From Tubulanus polymorphus (taxonomy: Eukaryota > Animalia > Nemertea): a stretch of DNA of 64,000 bases. Within the stretch, counting starts at the first letter, position 1. Every line of letters begins with the position of its first letter. A program made the position numbers and the translations under genes. The notes under the pieces were generated by a model. It was given only the letters and a program-made list of their open reading frames with translations. It did no database searches and was not told the DNA's origin. The DNA lies in NCBI RefSeq assembly GCF_964204645.1, contig NC_134031.1, positions 15,797,807 to 15,861,806 of the forward strand. Reading direction: 5' to 3'. This document shows, one piece after another, positions 1 to 13,333 of the stretch.

Positions 1-2090
1 GGTAGATATTTGAAATAAATTGACAGTTGAAAATCATCGGAACTTGTCTGGAGCGATACTACATAACGATGTCTCTGATAGCTAGATATTAGATTCAAAA
101 TTTGAATTAGCGTCTGCTGGTCGATAGGACACGAAGGGTTTCAAAAATGTCCTAGTCTCCTCTGTAGTAATAGGGAGTGGCAATCTGCATAGTTAATGTG
201 CATACATGTACAATCGCTATACTGTATATACCTGGTATAAATAAGTTATACATGAACGCACTCATTTGTGTAAATGCTCACATGTGCATGTGCATCTCAC
301 ATGCACATGTGCGTGTACTGTTATTGATGCTTGATCGTTCACAAGATCTCATTATCCGGCTACAGATGTTCATATGGTATAAAACATAACCATCATTGTT
401 CATGCTAATTCACATTCATTGTATTATATTGAAATAGTTAATATACACGGCCCACACTGCAGAGCGAGTGTGAAGTTTAAAATGTGTGCTGGATGTAAAA
501 ATTTGTTTCAAATTTCGTGTTCACACATTTTGCTTACTCGGTGTGCGTTCGGAAGAGGAATGCAAACGAAACAGCTATATTTCTGTCTAAAAACATGTTC
601 AATAATGGACGTGAAGGGAATTCTGAAAATTGTGAAATCTAGCTTGTCTGTGCTCTAGCAGGACCTGAATTCATGCAGCAGCTGCTATATGCTGTCTGTA
701 TCTACCTGTCTGACTGTCAACTAACAGACCTGAGCATGACTACTATTGCTAGTAGTTTCTACTCTTTTTAAGAGCTCATCTACTCCCATACCAATACTCT
801 CAAAATCACAATAATGTCTAGCTCATTTTCGATAGATACTATTTGCTATGTCTAATTACTCTCGCAAAAAAAAAAAACTGAAATCAGAGGTATCAGGTAG
901 TCAGGTCTGGACTGACTATCTATCCCCGTACTTACAAAACTAATGAATGTCTGTTGATAGGTACAGGCAGCTGATTGATGCCTGCGACAATCTAATCTGA
1001 AATGATGATCTGAATTGGTCGGATCTGAGTGGATTGAATGGATTCGGTGGATTTCCTGCTATCTACTAGCGGTACACATAATACTAATAAGTACCCTGTA
1101 TTCACGTCGAACTGTGCATTGCTGATATATCGTACAATATATGCTGTGTATATTTTATTCGCGTAGCTGCTTTGAAAAATATGATAAAAGATTTTCCGTA
1201 AAACATTCCATATCTAATAGGTATATACATGAGATGATGATAAAAGTAATTGAATAAGTAATACTAAGTATTCTGCATGTGTTCGTGAAATCACCTAAAT
1301 TACACTTAAGTTAATGTTGAACTGTAGTTCCTTTATTGTGTATGTAATTAAGTAAAATGCAGTGAATTATTCTTCGAGATTGAAAAATTACTGAAATACT
1401 AAGTAGCGGTAGGTTGTTCCAAAAATGTGGTCAGAGTTAACCAGTGGAAAGTTGACTGTCACAATTAAAACTTCTGTTACTTAAGGCATATCTACCTGTA
1501 CCGGTTAACTCCAACTTTTGAGCAACTGACCCGAGGTTGTTAGCTATTTTTTTCAGGCAAAGCCAGTCTTACATGTCGTATACCTAAGGAGCATCATTAA
1601 AAACTTTCGAGCACAGATCGATTGACGCTTGCTAAGCTCATCAGTACCGATAAAGGCCGATTATCAAAAGTGGAAATTTTCATTAGAATATGTACATATT
1701 GTAATACTTTGTAATATAATGTAATGTTTTCAGGGTAGCTACACAGAGTAGTGTTACATTTAGTTATCCACGTTAGACACTTGTATTTTTGATTGGAGAG
1801 ACACATTGTGTTCCAATCATTTTCGATAATTTTGTCGAGGAAATCGATGTTATTTCCTTCACGGGTGCATTTTATGTTTTTAGTTCTAGAAGTTGTAGAA
1901 TTCTGTGATATAAATTCCGCGTTCAAGATTAGAACATTGCTGGTAATTCTGCGTTAGCGAGGGAGGCTTAGGGAAAGCCTCCCCTTACTCGTAGCGATAG
2001 GTGTAAGAATCAGAAAGTTGATTAAACCACTCATCTCGGTTGTATATTAATTTCTAATCTCTGGCTATCTGTTTAAACTGACCGAGTTAA

Positions 2091-2378
2091 CCCTTTCAGT
2101 GCGTCTACACCGCAGTGCGGTGTGTGAATCGGTGATGAATTTTGCTAGTACACCCCACTGCGGTGTATTGATTTAATTAGTAATTAGTAATTATCTCTAT
2201 TGAAAGATGGCAGCACCTGTCAAACATAATGAAATATTAGTAACTAAAGATACACTGCACGGCGGTGTTGAGGCACTACAGTGGTATTACCGTTATTCAA
2301 AATACTAAGGTGGAATTTTTCAAAATTTCTGAATCATCTCCAGCGCTATAGGGTATTGATTAGTCAGCACTGAAAGGG
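2091..2378. mobile_element. piggyBac-like MITE, intact ends
   Basis: TTAA|CCCTTTCAGTGC ... GCACTGAAAGGG|TTAA: 12-bp perfect TIR with TTAA duplication; three more copies in the window. Confidence 0.85.
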
Positions 2379-4063
2379 TTAAAGCCACGGACATTAAGTT
2401 CAGTAGCATCAGTTTTATCTTCGGGAAGAACCATCAACAAATCTTCGTGTAAATATTATTTCATTACTTCTCTAGTCATTTGTGCATATCGTACATAGCT
2501 GTATGTATCGTATATTCTGTAATGTATTTGCACATCTTTCATTTTCGTCTGAAGTTGATGGTTTATCGATAACTTCAGTATTTTTCCACCATGTTCCAAC
2601 GTATTTTTTGTCATGCAGAGAAACAATCAGTTTGCAGCTCTCAGTTGACGTAACATAGTATTGCATTTAAACATCTGAATTCTATGACTCAGTCAAGAGA
2701 TAAATTTAATTGAAATGCGATTACTGAATTGAAGTCGAACTGGTGCCAGGACTCCTCATGACTTGTTTGATATAGTAACCAGTATATTGAGTGCATAGAT
2801 TTGGATTTCAATTCTGTGCACTGGTAGAAAGAATAGTTGCGAAGAAAATAATTATTCAGTTAGAGTATTGTGTATACCGGTATATCGTAATTTGAAATCG
2901 ATAATTTACAATAAGATTAACCAGTAACTAGAATTCAAATCCGAGATAATTTTTGTAGTTCTTTAGGATCAAATCCTATGTGTTGATTTATTCAGATACA
3001 ATATAAAATATAGAAGATGATATGATATAAGTATTGAGTAGAGTGTTTATTCTAAGTGAAAATTTTGGGGCCATGTTTGTCGTTACAAGGTGGTGTTCCA
3101 TTCCGCAGTTTTGACGAAATCTTTAAAAGAATCAAGTTTGCCTTGTATGACATCAATTGCAGCCAAATCGTTATATGTTTGAGGTTAGATTTTTGTGATC
3201 ACCGATACCACTGCCTTTTAACTAAATTGACCGCAAGACTATTCGTACATTGCGCAGATGATGTACAGAGATTCAATGCTTAAAAGTAGATGTATATATA
3301 TTATGTACAGCGATATAAGTGTATAGTGTTTATGTTAACGTGTGGTATTTGTACATGTGTATTTTCCACTCTGAGTTAAAAGCGCTTCTCGTAGCTTTTG
3401 TAAAATGGTAAGAATAAATCGTCAATGTCAGAATATCAACAATGAAATTGTCGTCAAGTTTGTGCATGCTGTAATACATTGTTGTTGTTTAATAACAATC
3501 GGAAATCAAGATTAAGAAACTTTTTCTGTTTTTCTGTTGCTCTTTGATTTCCTCTTGTTGTTTGAGACAACAAATCAAAATTAAGAAACGAATGTATTTA
3601 AGCGTAATATTGATCATAACGATAAACAGTAACATTTGTAAAGCGCCTATTTCATCGTGTCCAATGTTCAGCGGTGCATGAGCCGAGTTGTTATAGGTCG
3701 TAAGAAAGCTACAGTGGAACCTCCATACAACGAACTTCACGGGACCAGAAAATATGTTCGTTATAATATATATATTATATATATATATAATATATATGTT
3801 GGAGATACTGAGGCGCTAATCCAATGCAAACACTTATGAACTGTGAATATATTAAGTGTGAATATATAAATTTTATTGGATGGAATATGGAAAGACGGAC
3901 CGTAGAAACAACGTATATTAAAAATAATAACAAAATGATTACATGATTTGAGGAATGTTTACAGTGCGTGTATAGAAAAAATGGTTTAACAAAAAGTGCC
4001 AAGTAAAAATCCTAGATCGATCACAGAATAGTGGGAATAATTAGAACATTTACAGATGATCAG

Positions 4064-4400
4064 GATCCAGTTCCGAAGTTCCGCGTGAAATTTGACTGTC
4101 GAGTTAAAACATTGAAAATCAACTAATCTTAACCCTGAGTTAACTTAAACTCGCAACTGTGGAACCAACTCCAGAGGCTAGTTGCACAGTCGTGGCTTAA
4201 GTCCAAAAGTGGTCTTGAATCTTAGGACTGTCTTAAGTTGTTAGATTGGTTATAGAACTAAGTTGGTCTTAGGCTGGTCTTAAGTCTAAACCATGACTAT
4301 GCAAGCAGCCCCTGGACCCGCAGTTGTGAGTTTGAGTTAGTTCATTTGCAATGAGTTAACCCAGGACTCAAATCTTGACTCACAACTGTGGAACTGGACC
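4064..4400. mobile_element. Tandem triad of CWG-flanked (Harbinger-like) MITEs, families B-A-B
   Basis: Layout CAG|4064-4171|CAG|4175-4311|CTG|4315-4400|CAG. Family A TIR ~GGGCCAGTTGCAYAGTC; family B TIR ~GRYCCAGTTCC. Confidence 0.75.
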
Positions 4401-4588
4401 CAGTATAACATCTAGGCTCGGATTTATCGTAATCAAAAATACAAGATCGATATAAACCAAAACCAATCCTTACTTCATGCAGATCACATCGGAAATTTTC
4501 ACCATTATCAGCCGAGACAGATCATTTTACATAATCAAGTAGAGAACATAAAAGAAATATGAAAGGAAATGATGCACGAGTCGTAGAA

Positions 4589-7500
4589 TTAATCGTAGAA
4601 CGTGTTGTCCTCGGATGGTGGCGTGATTTTAGCTTTCGCTTCGAAGAGCTCTTTGATTAAACTCGATTTCTCTTGTTCCAGTTTTAAAATGCGACTCGCT
4701 TGTTCAGAGAGATCCTGAAATGAAACGATAGCCGTAATTTAGAAACATCGTTTAAAATGTCCGTTCGCAAATTGAGCGTCTATTGAAGAAACTCGCCTGG
4801 TTGAACTGTTTGATAAGTTCAGCGTTAGTCAGAGATGCAGACGGTATATCGACGTGAAAACCAAAACCCTGGAAAATCAAACAAGTCTGGAATTAGTGGT
4901 CACATCGTAAACATATATTAACAGTCGACCTCAGTTAAGTCATCATCATTACTTAAAAGTCTTCACTATTTTGATTACCTATTTGTGTATTCTAGTTCAC
5001 TTTACTAGATAAGCAGTCAATTCTCCCCAGGGAGAGATGACTGATACATGAATCTTGGAGTAATCCAAATGATTACTCCAAGCATGAATAGAGTTTAAGG
5101 CTGGGGTAATAACACCAAGCTTGGAGCGCATTTGAACAGACTCTAGTTTGGATACCTGCGCTATATAAATGACAATTATCATTATTATTAATTCAATAAG
5201 TCATCAACATGCTATGACAACTTTTACTGTTTGTGACTGGCAAGTAAGAAGAAGGTAAGTACGTTGGTTGATTATGCACGTACCTTTTCAGAACTTCGAA
5301 TCAAACATATCAGTTTCTGGTTGACTTCTTCAATCTGCGCCGTTTGAAATGTCATTCGTTCTTGTTGAGCTTCTATCGAGAACGGCAACTCCTGTCATAA
5401 TATATGGTATACAATGAACCCGCGACGCTCAACCAAAGACATCGTTTTAAAACCCTTTCAGTGCGTCTACACCGCAGTGCGGTGTATAAATCTGTGATTG
5501 ACTTTGCTAGTACACCGCACTGCAGATGCAATTTGTAGAAGTTTTTATCTCTAATGAAAGATGGCAGCACCTGTCAAACACAGTTAGATATAAGTAACTA
5601 ACGATAGAGGCATTATTTATAGCTGATGCCTCTTATTTGATGCACTAGGCTGGAGTTATTTTCAAATTTTCAAATTATCTCTCGCACTTGAGCGTATTAA
5701 TTAGTCAGCACCAAAATTGTTTTAAGAACATATTTCCAGTTGATACTAACGAGTTGTTGGTTTTTAGATAGAGTTTGCTGTCGTTCTTGCACGTTCGTGA
5801 TCTGATGTTTGTACCAATCGCGAGCTTCTTCGACGACCTGTAATCCCTGAATGAGAATATCGCGTTCCTGTTCCAACTGTTTCATCTTCTTGACCTAGAA
5901 TCATTGCGCAAAAATCGATCTCATAGTAAGATTCTTACGGTGTCACCTTATTCTTACCGTAACCTAGACTAATTTCACCAGTCTTAGTTTGTCTCAGTAA
6001 CAGTGTTTTCAATAAGAAATTAACAAGCCAGGTCCCTTTGAAAAACAGGAATAATATGTCACAGTCCCGGAAAGCTGGTTTGAAAAAACAGGCGGGTCCT
6101 TTACAAACGACAGACGGTTCTGGGACCTGGGACCTGGCTCTTATTGAAAACACTGAGTAAGGTGAGGTTTTTACAGTCGATTGAATACGAAGATCGCTAA
6201 ACTACAGTCAAACTCACTTAATTCGTATTTGTTGGAATGATCATTACAGGGGCAGATCCAGGCTGGACGGGGGGTTCATCTCATATACTCGGTTATTTTA
6301 ACAATTTCTCTGTACTGTGTTATAGGCCTATATTGCGAAGCGCAGCAATTATCTTATAGATCCGCGTCATATAAGAAAATATGTCATATATCATTATTAT
6401 TATAGCCACTTCATTACTCGTGGAAGGCCGCAAATACTGCATATTACTGCTTTAAGAAGTGATGTGGACTATTGTCATCTGATCGGTGTCGGGTGGAACT
6501 TTTCACACGTGATTTTCAAAAGGGCGCACTTGATCAGAAAAGGGGGGTTCGGACCCCCCAAACCCCCCACTGGATCCACGCCTGCATTATCAAAATGATA
6601 ACTTCGACTAATCCGATGACGATTACTGGGTAAGTGAGTTTCACCGTTCACTCTACTTACGAAATTAAAGTCGACGCCATTTTGTAACGTATGCCGCCGT
6701 GGCTCTCTCATCTTCTTATACGCGACTTTATGAACGGGACTCGTACTCTGACTATTCTCGGGTCGGACGGGACTTGTATTCGCCGCTCGTATATTCCCTG
6801 CCGAGTGTTGCCGATAATTCGGTTTGTTTTCGGTCGTAGTTCGTCCGCTGCCTCGCAGTTGCGAGTCACTTCGCGATTGTCGGATGTTAGTCGCGTCCGG
6901 TTTCGAAGGAGGCGGCGATATATTTTCGTGATAACTGCTGCGTTTATAATCCTGAGCTGTCGTTAATTCGGATTGGCTCCGATCCCTGAATACAGAACGA
7001 TCCTGTTGCTGCTGCTGCTGCTGCGTTTGAGTGAAATTCCTAGCGCTACCGGTCGACAAAACGCTGTTAGTCCGACCGTGAACATTCTCGAAGGTTTGGC
7101 CCGGAGCCGTGTTGCTGTAATTTGGTTGTTGAAACCGGCTCGAACCGGTACCGTACGGAATATCGCTGACGCTGTTACGTTGAAACTTCGTCGAATCCGC
7201 CGCAGCCGGCCCCGATCCGGATATTTTCGTCGGCGAACGGTGTGCCCCGCCGCGTCGGATCGCGTTATCGTCCTGGCTCGCTCGTAACGGTGCCGGCGTC
7301 GGGAAGAACTTTGACGGCAGTTTATTTTGAAGATATCGATCTCCGGGCAGTGGGAAATTGATGTCGAAATTTCCGGATGCATTGCGTATTTCTGAAAGTA
7401 AGTTCAAAACAAACTGAAATTATTGATATCATTGCTATTTTTCTGCCCTACACAGTGTTGGATATTACTCTAAGGCACTTAGGTACTTTAGAAAGTACAT

Positions 7501-8694
7501 TTACAATCCTTAAGGCGATAAAAGTAAATTTTATCCATTAAAATACAGGTAGGCCCATGTAACATTTTGAATATAACTTGATAAGCCATAAAGGCTATGC
7601 TTAAAAAGATAAGTCTTGAGAGCACTGAAAATACAATTAAGATTTTCTATCGTCTTTAAATCAGTAGGTAAAGCATTGCGAACAAGGACCAAAAACTCTA
7701 ACGATCTTACTTTCACAAAGTTTCAATCTATTGTATGGATTTAGTCAGTAAGCTGTCAGTAACCTGGACCCAGTTCCAGTCGTGAGTTGGAGTTACTCTG
7801 AGTAAAAGTAAGTTCATTTTCGATGAGTTAACTCAATTTGAGTCAAAGTCAAATCAGAACTCTGGAACTGGACCCTGGATATTTAAGCCCATCGGTTTGT
7901 AAAAGCTTACCACCAACGATTAGGCAACTAACTACAGGTCGTATAGAGTAGGCTCCAGTCTAGTACCTAGCCGTTGTTCGTTGTAGGGGAACCCGTAACA
8001 ACAACTATTATTCAGACTATTAGTAGGCCCTACCTGATGAATCAAGGATTGTTGGGTCGCTTTGCGTCCTTTGGCGTTTAATGATAGTTGGTTCTCTCTG
8101 AGGTAGCTGCTGCTGGTGCTGCTGCTGATCAGATCTCGGAAATCCCTGTAAAACGAACTTCTTCTCTGATCTATAAACCGGTTGATGATTATTCGTAGAC
8201 GTTGCTCTCTGAGGCTCGGTAGGACCCGGTTGCCCTTGCTGCGGATGCACAGTCGCTGTCGCTGTCGGGTTTTTACGCGGAGAACTACGTAACTGATTAC
8301 TACTCGGCTGCCGCTGTTCCCCGCTTTCCGCAGCCGCCTTCTTCGGGTTATTTGGCGCGCCTTCCGAATCCGAACTATAACTCTTCGGTCGAGATTTTTT
8401 CACTGGGCTTTTTTCGTTTCGTATATAATTCGTTTTCAGAAGGGCGATTTTTAACCCGGTGACGAAACGATCGAAGCTCAGCTTGCCGCTTCTAGGGGTG
8501 ATTTGTCTGAGAGAATCGAGCACGCCCTCCGGTAGACCTTCCTCATTCCCGTGCCAGTACAGCTGGATATCGGTCAGCTTAATGAATCCCGTATTTTTCT
8601 CGTCCAAAATGTCGAATAACATCCTCAACGATTTGACGAATTGTTCGGGAAGTCCGTCGATATTCCTGGTAGGTCTGTAAGAATTTAAATCCAT
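4589..8694 (-). CDS. SAPCD2: Suppressor APC domain-containing protein (SAPCD2-like), 6 exons, ~613 aa
   Basis: Exons 8034-8694, 6661-7391, 5751-5894, 5284-5391, 4797-4868, 4589-4714 join in frame. Motifs: N-terminal DGLPEQFVKSLRMLFDILD..LSFDRFVTGLKIAL, REPRRHTLQNGVDF, MKQLEQERDILIQGL..ARDWY, and C-terminal RILKLEQEKSSLIKELFEA..DNTFYD*. The last intron is GC-AG. Confidence 0.9.
5453..5720. mobile_element. piggyBac-like MITE copy in SAPCD2 intron, degraded right end
   Basis: Shares CCCTTTCAGTGCGTCTACACCGCAGTGCGGTG and GAAAGATGGCAGCACCTGTCAAACA with 2091-2378. Confidence 0.8.
7767..7874. mobile_element. CWG-flanked MITE family B
   Basis: CTG|GACCCAGTTCC ... GGAACTGGACC|CTG. Other copies at 30111-30208, 43933-44028 and, partial, ~51970-52031. 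Confidence 0.75.
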
Positions 8695-8973
8695 TTCGAT
8701 GACCTAATTGAGTCAAAATAAGGAGAAATTAAACCGAGATTTGTTGTAAAAAACATAGAAATGTCAAAATTGTGGAGCCGAATGAATCTCGGAGTTCGAA
8801 ATAACTGGAGCGCTCCCTTTATAGGAGCGCTCCAATTTTGCCATCGGTTCGAATCCGTTTTACTGATTAACATTAACGTACACTATGGAAACACAAAATT
8901 ATGCTTGACGAAAGCCAGGTTCAATTGATCCGCATTCGAAAACTACTCCAACAATAAACATCATTTTGATCTA

Positions 8974-11022
8974 TCATTTATCTTTTATTAAACTTAGAAA
9001 TTCCGAATTTACGGCGAATAATTTCATCATATCAGTTTCTAATGGATGTAAATCTCCAGCTATGACTAGTGAATGTAATGGTCCGCCGATATCTACATGT
9101 TGCATCTGTTCTAAAGTCCCGGCACATAATTTTTGAGCGTCGGTTCCAACTCTCGCTAAACCGATACATGCCGTATTTTCATCGAGCACTGAAAAAAAAA
9201 ATTTCCTTATATAACAGTCAAAGTTGCTTAAACTCGCCATTGGATAATTCATGGCATCATCTAAATCATCATTATCTTTTAATCCCAATTCGTACAGTAG
9301 AGCAGGTTTTATTTGACTTGCTTTTGCCCTGACTATTTATTCCCCGACATGCACGTTGTTTTCCCTGACCTGATCTGCTAAGAATCATACCTAAGAAACT
9401 GTTTGATTTTAAGCGCGATCTAATTAGCGTTCTTAACAAATTTCCCTGACTTCCCCCTGATTTTTAGCCTTTTTTTAAGAAATTCCATGGAGAAAGCGTT
9501 CCTTGCTGATAGGTGTTTGTGTTGGTAGGTTTTACTTAACATTTTACTTCTATTAGTTTTATGCTTTTCAATGTTGTCGAGTAGAGAACAAATGTTCGCG
9601 TCTCATACTTACCTTTCTCATCACCGGATTGTTTTCTATTTCGTATGATTTCTAGCAGTTGTTCGGACGCTCGATTTACTGTCAAATATCGCGGCGGTTC
9701 GTAGATCTTCCGACCCCTGAAAGGAAAAAAAATGAAAACTATCATAGAAATATAGAACGGAACTGGTCCCTACACCCGTTATTATTCATACAAACCTCAT
9801 CATATTTTCTACAGTCTGTTCTTTCACTTTGATGTCTGAATTAAAGAATTATTTGTTAAATGAACTTCAACTGCACATTTTGAATTTGCAATGATTCACC
9901 TATTTTCATACCTACCCAATAGACATAGCGTGTGCATGCCTGACGATTTGTTTTTCATGATCTTATCGTAAAAACTTTCCGGCTTCCAATTCTCTTCCCA
10001 AAATACGATCGACACTGTTTCTCCGAAATTGTATAACTTGAAAATATGAATGCGGAATGAAAAGAATAGAAATCATATTATTTGGTCAACTATGTACAAT
10101 TAGTCTACCTTGAGATGTGGCCTACCTGCAAACCGCAACATCCAACTGCATTCATTATAGACGCATTATGAATGACTTTGTATTTGATATTTTTCTCTGT
10201 AGCTCTGATTATTAGATCTGAATGAGTAGTAGCCCTACAAAAATGAGCAAACAACTTCATACTCAGTTAACTAGTTAAGCCATCTCTTATTTCAATTTCT
10301 TATCAGACATACCCTAAAGGATCTCCGACTACCAAGAAAGCTACATCTTCTTTATCGGCATTATCTAGCAAGGTGTCTGAAATATTCAAAGAAAGAAGCA
10401 AGAAGAATTAAGAGATAAGTTCACAAGGATCTAGCAAAACTCATTAAGAAATTTCTGCCTTTATTTAAATACCCGAATCTTGTTCAACCATATCTCTGTC
10501 CGCCAGAATCACTTCTCTGCCGTAAAATTCCTCCTACAACGATATTGATTCCTATCTTTAGTGAATCTGTTAAGTGGTGAGAAGTTGAGATTTCAAAGCA
10601 AGCATATGTCGACGCATCGACATCTACATTTGTTACTGCATCTGGACCGCGATTGCGTGTATAACATTGCAGGGCGGTGCAAATAGGTGGTGCATAAAGG
10701 ACTGATGCAGCAGAACATATCCCATGGATCATCTCCTGGCTGCAGTTGTTCAGTCAACAACTGTTCTCAGGAAGAAGGAGTTTCGGAACAGATTTATGGA
10801 AGACAGGCTCTGAACATACTCAACTGAAGCCGAAACCGAATGATGCATATGATGCCGATGGGGAAAAGTCAATGAAAGATTTTTTACCAAAGCTTCTTTT
10901 CCGACGGTAAGAATTGACGTATACGCTTCTAAATACACTCTACTGGCTCCCTTCACTACGTTTAAACCCTTCACCGTGATATCATCGACATCTCCTAATC
11001 CTAAACCTATCAAATAAAACAT
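8974..11022 (-). CDS. DPH5: Diphthine methyl ester synthase, 8 exons, ~282 aa
   Basis: Exons 10888-11022, 10473-10533, 10313-10376, 10126-10234, 9916-10036, 9796-9835, 9613-9716, 8974-9188; all GT-AG and in frame. Motifs [86 protein letters not shown]. Confidence 0.97.
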
Positions 11023-11207
11023 TTCGCTCAAATTTTTCGCATTAAATTTCTCTTTTGGTCTACGACCTTGAGAGGGGTAGCTCCGAAAATATCTCAGAGC
11101 CATCTGTTAAAATCGATCGCCGGTAGGCGGTGCACCGAGCGATTTATGGACGTAGTGATGAATTAAAATGACGAAATAATTTGAACTTTTCAGTGAATTT
11201 GTCAATC
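11023..11207. promoter_or_regulatory. Bidirectional promoter interval DPH5/CDK9
   Basis: Only 185 bp separate the two divergent start codons; the core is GC/CpG-richer and has a YY1-like GCCATCT near 11100. Confidence 0.7.
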
Positions 11208-11390
11208 ATGAGTAGCAATATAGCTAGTAAATTAGAGGATTGTGATTTCCCTTATTGCAGAGATGTGACTGTGTATGAAAAAATCGCGAAAATCGGCCAA
11301 GGAACGTTTGGGTAGGTCACTACCTACTTCTCTTTCTAGTTTCTTGTCTTCATCAATTACTCAATAATGGTCAATATCATCCCCAGATCA

Positions 11391-11440
<50 letters not shown>

Positions 11441-13333
11441 AATCAATATCACGGATGAATAGAGGCATGTGTAGGCCTAAAATTGGTGTCCGGCTCGTTT
11501 GGTGTTAGGTGACCGACCGAGGGTTGTTAAGAATGTTTCTCATGTAGCCATAGTTTGATTTGCACCTAGCTAGCCCATCTGAAAAAAAGATGGGCGTTAA
11601 ATGTTCTTTAGATCAGTTAGAACATGTAACATTAAATGACGAGTTTGAAATAGGCCTATCGCAATCATTAATCTATCATTTCAAGTTTGTCGTCATTCAG
11701 TCGTCCCCTTTTCCGCGGATAAAAAATGGACAGAATAAATGAAACATTATTCTTGACTTCATATTGAAATTTCTTCCTGACTTATACAGTGAAGTGTGGA
11801 AAGCTAGATGTAAAACTACTAAAAGATTGACGGCTCTCAAGAAAGTTTTGATGGAAAATGAAAAAGAAGGGGTAGGTTTGATCCAAACGCGCTTTAAACA
11901 AAGTGATTTAATTGTGTATTTTTAGGACTAATGAGTGTTGTTTCTGTTTTCTTTCAGTTCCCAATAACGGCTTTGAGGGAGATAAAAATTCTTCAACTGC
12001 TCAACCACGAGAACGTCGTGAAACTTATTGAAATATGTCGCACAAAAGGTGAGAACCTTTAGAATAGGCAGTAATCAAATCTACTTCAAAAGCTTCTACT
12101 ATCAAACATTAAATGAGCCAGACACCAATAGGTCTTAGGTGCCTCCATCCGAAAATTCATTACAATTTACTTTTACTTTGATAAACATGAAGGACGATTT
12201 GCTTAAACAAACTTCGAATTTTAAAAACTAAATTTCTGTTTTTTTTTAGATTTAGATGATTCAGTTTCTTTCTCTGAAAAAAATCTTGCATTTAGATAAT
12301 TGACTTTATCTGAATGTTAGTTTAGTAAAAACCAAATATTGTAATAAGCTAGGTAACCATACAATTTTAATTAGCTAGGTAACTATACAATTTTGCATCT
12401 AGCCCATCCTTTAAGTCAACAATGGCTCCTCACCCAAATCTGATGACCGTAATGATGATGATGATGATGATTTCTTTTTCAGCCACTCCGTACAATCGAT
12501 ACAAATCGACGTTTCATTTGGTGTTCGAATTTTGCGAGCACGATTTAGCCGGATTACTCAGCAACGTCAACGTGAAATTCTCGCTCGGCGAAATAAAAAA
12601 AGTCATCCAACAATTAATGAACGGACTATACTTCATACACAGTAACAAGATCTTACATCGCGACATGAAAGCAGCGAACATTCTCATGACAAAAAACGGC
12701 GTTTTGAAACTGGCCGACTTCGGGCTGGCGCGCGCGTTCAGCCTCGCGAACAAAGGCCAGCCAAATCGTTACACAAACCGTGTGGTGACGCTGTGGTATC
12801 GGCCGCCCGAGTTACTGCTCGGTGAGCGCAACTACGGGCCGTCGATTGACATGTGGGGCGCCGGGTGCATCATGGCTGAAATGTGGACGCGCAGTCCAAT
12901 CATGCAAGGAACCACCGAGCAACACCAGCTCCATTTGGTCAGTCAACTATGCGGGTCGATCGGCACGGACGTCTGGCCCGGCGTGGAGAAGTTGGAATTT
13001 TTCGGTAAACTCGAACTGCCGAAAGGCCACAAGCGTAAAGTGAAAGAGCGTTTGAAACCGTACATACGCGACCAATACGCGTTGGACTTGCTCGACAAAC
13101 TTCTCTGCCTCGATCCGAATAAACGCTTGAACACCGACGAGGCGTTGAATCACGATTTCTTCTGGATGGATCCGATGCCGGCGGATCTCGCGCGCATGAT
13201 GTCGCAGCACACGTCGTCGATGTACGAATACCTGGCGCCGCCGAGGAGACGCGGACCGGCGCATTCTCATCAGCAACAACAAGCCAAACAACCGGTGCAT
13301 AACGCCGACCAACATTTCGAACGTGTGTTCTAG
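11208..13333 (+). CDS. CDK9: Cyclin-dependent kinase 9 (P-TEFb kinase), 4 exons, ~375 aa
   Basis: Exons 11208-11311, 11790-11871, 11958-12048, 12483-13333. Motifs KIGQGTFGEV, MENEKEGFPITALREIKILQ (PITALRE), HRDMKAANIL, NRYTNRVVTLWYRPPELLLG, C-terminal FERVF*. Confidence 0.98.
11393..11440. repeat. (CAT)16 microsatellite in CDK9 intron 1
   Basis: Direct read. Confidence 0.95.

Noticed and set aside
1-3420. Short ORFs and a 14-bp-arm hairpin (279-311)
   Set aside because: No coding signal. The region looks like the 3' UTR of an upstream + strand gene (AATAAA at 3413), which cannot be confirmed here; the hairpin is low-complexity CATG/TGCA.
10534-10887. Coding-looking or snoRNA-like sequence in DPH5 intron 1
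   Set aside because: No recognisable domain in any frame and no convincing C/D or H/ACA layout.
11023-11103. 27-aa N-terminal extension of DPH5 from ATG 11103
   Set aside because: Orthologs start at MFYLIGLG; the upstream ATG lies in the shared promoter within a YY1-like motif.
12422-12482. ORF-track start MAPHPNLMTVMMMMM for CDK9
   Set aside because: Intron 3 sequence with a (GAT)n run; the exon begins after the AG at 12482.
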